Positions 57,643-59,718 of a DNA stretch of 59,718 nt are shown here, in pieces. Under the pieces are notes generated by a model. The model was not told where the DNA came from and searched no databases. It saw only the letters and a list, made by a program, of their open reading frames with translations. The stretch is from Coleofasciculus chthonoplastes F2-STO-03 (GTDB taxonomy: Bacteria > Cyanobacteriota > Cyanobacteriia > Cyanobacteriales > Coleofasciculaceae), in NCBI GenBank assembly GCA_040222015.1, contig JAVJWO010000095.1, positions 1-59,718 on the forward strand. Reading direction: 5' to 3'. Each line of letters starts with the position of its first letter. Within the stretch, counting starts at the first letter, position 1. The translations under genes and the position numbers were made by a program.

Positions 57643-57840
57643 TCTTCCGTAAAAATTGTAACCGTTCAATTCAACCAAGAATACAGAATAGCACAGGTCA
57701 GGGAAAGGGCGCAGGTCTGTGCGCCCCGACAATCCCCACCCAACAGGGTAAACAAGGATAATGTTTGACAATCAAAAGGCAATTCTATTATCCTGAAAGA
57801 AGCGTAAAGTTTTGTAAATATAAAAAATCAGGAAAAAATC

Positions 57841-59487
57841 ATGACGATTACTCCTTTAATGCCTAGCCAAAAGACGGCTTGGCAGAAATTGGTGAACCGA
57901 GAAATTAGCTGTGAATTTGCTCTCAAACTCTTAGTCGATAATCGCGGAATTCTCAACCTGGATCAACTTGATACTGAAGTGAGTACCCGCTTCTTTCGCC
58001 AACTGTCTAATCGCCAAGATTTACCCCCGGTGATTCCCCTGTTACTTTGGCGCGGTTGTTACTATTTGGGATGTCCGATTTCCCTCACACCAGAAGCGAT
58101 TCAGAATTTGTGCGATCGCACGCTGACGGAGGTGAAGATTATTCCCATAGCCCACAAAAGTTATCGCACTTGGCATCTGAGTCAAACCTATAATGGTAAT
58201 ACTATCACGTCTACGTCTCCGGTTAATCCGATTACGGGGGAATCTGAACCCGAAGACATTACTGAAACCACCGAACTTTATCTCAAGAAAGCCGATAACC
58301 AGATTGCCCGGATTAAAACGATTATCTCCGGTGCCCTCCGCAACCGCGCCAGTGATATTCACCTGGAACCCTCACTGGAAGGATTGCGAGTGCGGTATCG
58401 GATTGATGGGATTCTCCGGGATATTACCACCCTACCCCCTGAGATTAGTCGCCCTTGTGTTGTCGCCCTGAAAGTAATGTCCAATATGGATATTGCCGAA
58501 AGTCGCCGCCCCCAGGATGGGCGGATTGGCGAAAATTATACGGCGGGTGACGAAACCGATTTGGGCTTGGATATGCGGGTGAGTACCCTTCCCTGTGTGG
58601 GGGGAGAAAAAGTGGTAATTCGTTTACTTCCCCGACGCAATCCTTTTTCGGGTTTAGCCGATTTGGGATTTTCCGCGAAGAAATTGAGTATCTATAAGAA
58701 TTGGTTAGAACAACCCCAAGGAATTGTTATTTTAACGGGTCCCACGGGTTCGGGGAAAACCAGTACACTGTATAATTCCCTGCAATCTGTGGCGACTGAA
58801 CATGTGAATGTGGTGACGGTAGAAGATCCGGTAGAATATGTGTTGCCCCGGATTACTCAAACCCAAGTTCATGAAGCGGCGGGGATGACTTTAGCGGCGG
58901 GGTTACGGGCGATTTTACGCCAAGATCCTGATATTATTATGGTGGGCGAAATTCGGGATAATGAAACGGCGGAAACAGCAATTCGTGCGGCATTAACGGG
59001 ACATTTGGTGTTAACCACGTTGCACACCAATGATGCGGTGAGTGCGATTCCCCGGCTAAAAGATATTGGACCTGATCCGGGTTTAGTTAGTGATGCGTTA
59101 TTAGGGATTGTGGCACAGCGGTTAGTCCGGAAAGTATGCCCCCACTGTGCTGAACCCTACAATCCTACGGACAATGATTTACGCAAATTAGGGATATCTA
59201 GGGAAGAGGCGAATTCTCAAGCTTGGCGTCAAGGAAAGGGCTGTTCTAAGTGCTTTAATTCGGGGTATTTAGGACGGGAAGCGATTGTGGAACTGTTAAA
59301 TGTTGATGATCGGGTGCGGCAGTTAATTTATGAGGGAAGTATGACACAGTTACACCAGTATTTGGAGGAAGTTAAGTTTGATTCGTTTCGGATGGCGGCG
59401 ATTGAAAAGGTGACCCAGGGAATTACTACGTTGACTGAGTTACTGCGGGTGTTACCTCACAGTGCTTTATACCGAAAGGTTCCTTAA
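57841..59487 (+). CDS. GspE/PilB family secretion/pilus assembly ATPase
   Basis: ASDIH, PQDGR, GPTGSGKT, EDPVE, LRQDPD and GEIRD motifs; tetracysteine Zn motif. Confidence 0.93.
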   Translation: MTITPLMPSQKTAWQKLVNREISCEFALKLLVDNRGILNLDQLDTEVSTRFFRQLSNRQDLPPVIPLLLWRGCYYLGCPISLTPEAIQNLCDRTLTEVKIIPIAHKSYRTWHLSQTYNGNTITSTSPVNPITGESEPEDITETTELYLKKADNQIARIKTIISGALRNRASDIHLEPSLEGLRVRYRIDGILRDITTLPPEISRPCVVALKVMSNMDIAESRRPQDGRIGENYTAGDETDLGLDMRVSTLPCVGGEKVVIRLLPRRNPFSGLADLGFSAKKLSIYKNWLEQPQGIVILTGPTGSGKTSTLYNSLQSVATEHVNVVTVEDPVEYVLPRITQTQVHEAAGMTLAAGLRAILRQDPDIIMVGEIRDNETAETAIRAALTGHLVLTTLHTNDAVSAIPRLKDIGPDPGLVSDALLGIVAQRLVRKVCPHCAEPYNPTDNDLRKLGISREEANSQAWRQGKGCSKCFNSGYLGREAIVELLNVDDRVRQLIYEGSMTQLHQYLEEVKFDSFRMAAIEKVTQGITTLTELLRVLPHSALYRKVP

Positions 59488-59608
59488 AACAGGGTGATAA
59501 TTTTTGGGGTTCTGGGTATAGGTCGGGGGTTGACTTTATTTCGGATTTTAGGTATTATTATACCATGGGAAAATGTGCCGTCCTATAGACTCTTGTTCAC
59601 CTTAACCT

Positions 59609-59677
59609 GTAGGGTGGGTTAGGCGGTACTCAAGAAATAAAACAAACCATTTAATTAGTTATCCGCCGTAACCCACC
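59609..59677. repeat. Long GTAG REP (GTAGGGTGGGTTAGGCGG...CCGCCGTAACCCACC)
   Basis: Inverted repeat seen directly. Confidence 0.75.
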
Positions 59678-59718
59678 GAGTTATCGTTGGCAACAGGTGA
59701 ACCAACTTAACCTGTTGG

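Overview
Chromosomal window from a filamentous cyanobacterium. Dense HIP1 GCGATCGC sites, CAAATGA heptamer arrays and GTAG-type REP palindromes suggest a Coleofasciculus/Microcoleus chthonoplastes-like mat former (inference). The backbone is housekeeping: cofG, ndbB, aas, ccmS, tatC, ureB, murA, tRNA-Leu(CAG), lpdA, trpC, nblR, treS-mak/glgE and a PilB/GspE ATPase. The main accessory locus (35.4-47.1 kb) is an extended mycosporine-like amino acid (MAA) sunscreen cluster. It has a divergent mysA, mysB, mysC, a Na+/proline symporter and a C*-A(Ser)-T-TE NRPS (mysE-like). It is faced by a two-gene operon encoding an atypical beta-hydroxyacid dehydrogenase and a SAM methyltransferase, both candidate MAA-tailoring enzymes. 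Several features are not resolved by the ORF track. Relics of all three IS200/IS605 OMEGA nuclease families are present: an IsrB fragment, a 301-bp mini-TnpB element keeping its right end/reRNA, and an in-frame-deleted IscB with its omegaRNA; there is also a solo right end. Other hidden features are an HgiEI/AvaII-type methyltransferase whose endonuclease is truncated, a fused UPF0175/DUF3368 relic, a probable AUC start for murA, a structured terminator-ended leader before a CHAP-ricin hydrolase, and many nested MITE/REP elements. Family assignments rest on motif recognition and recalled homologues; no database searches were run.
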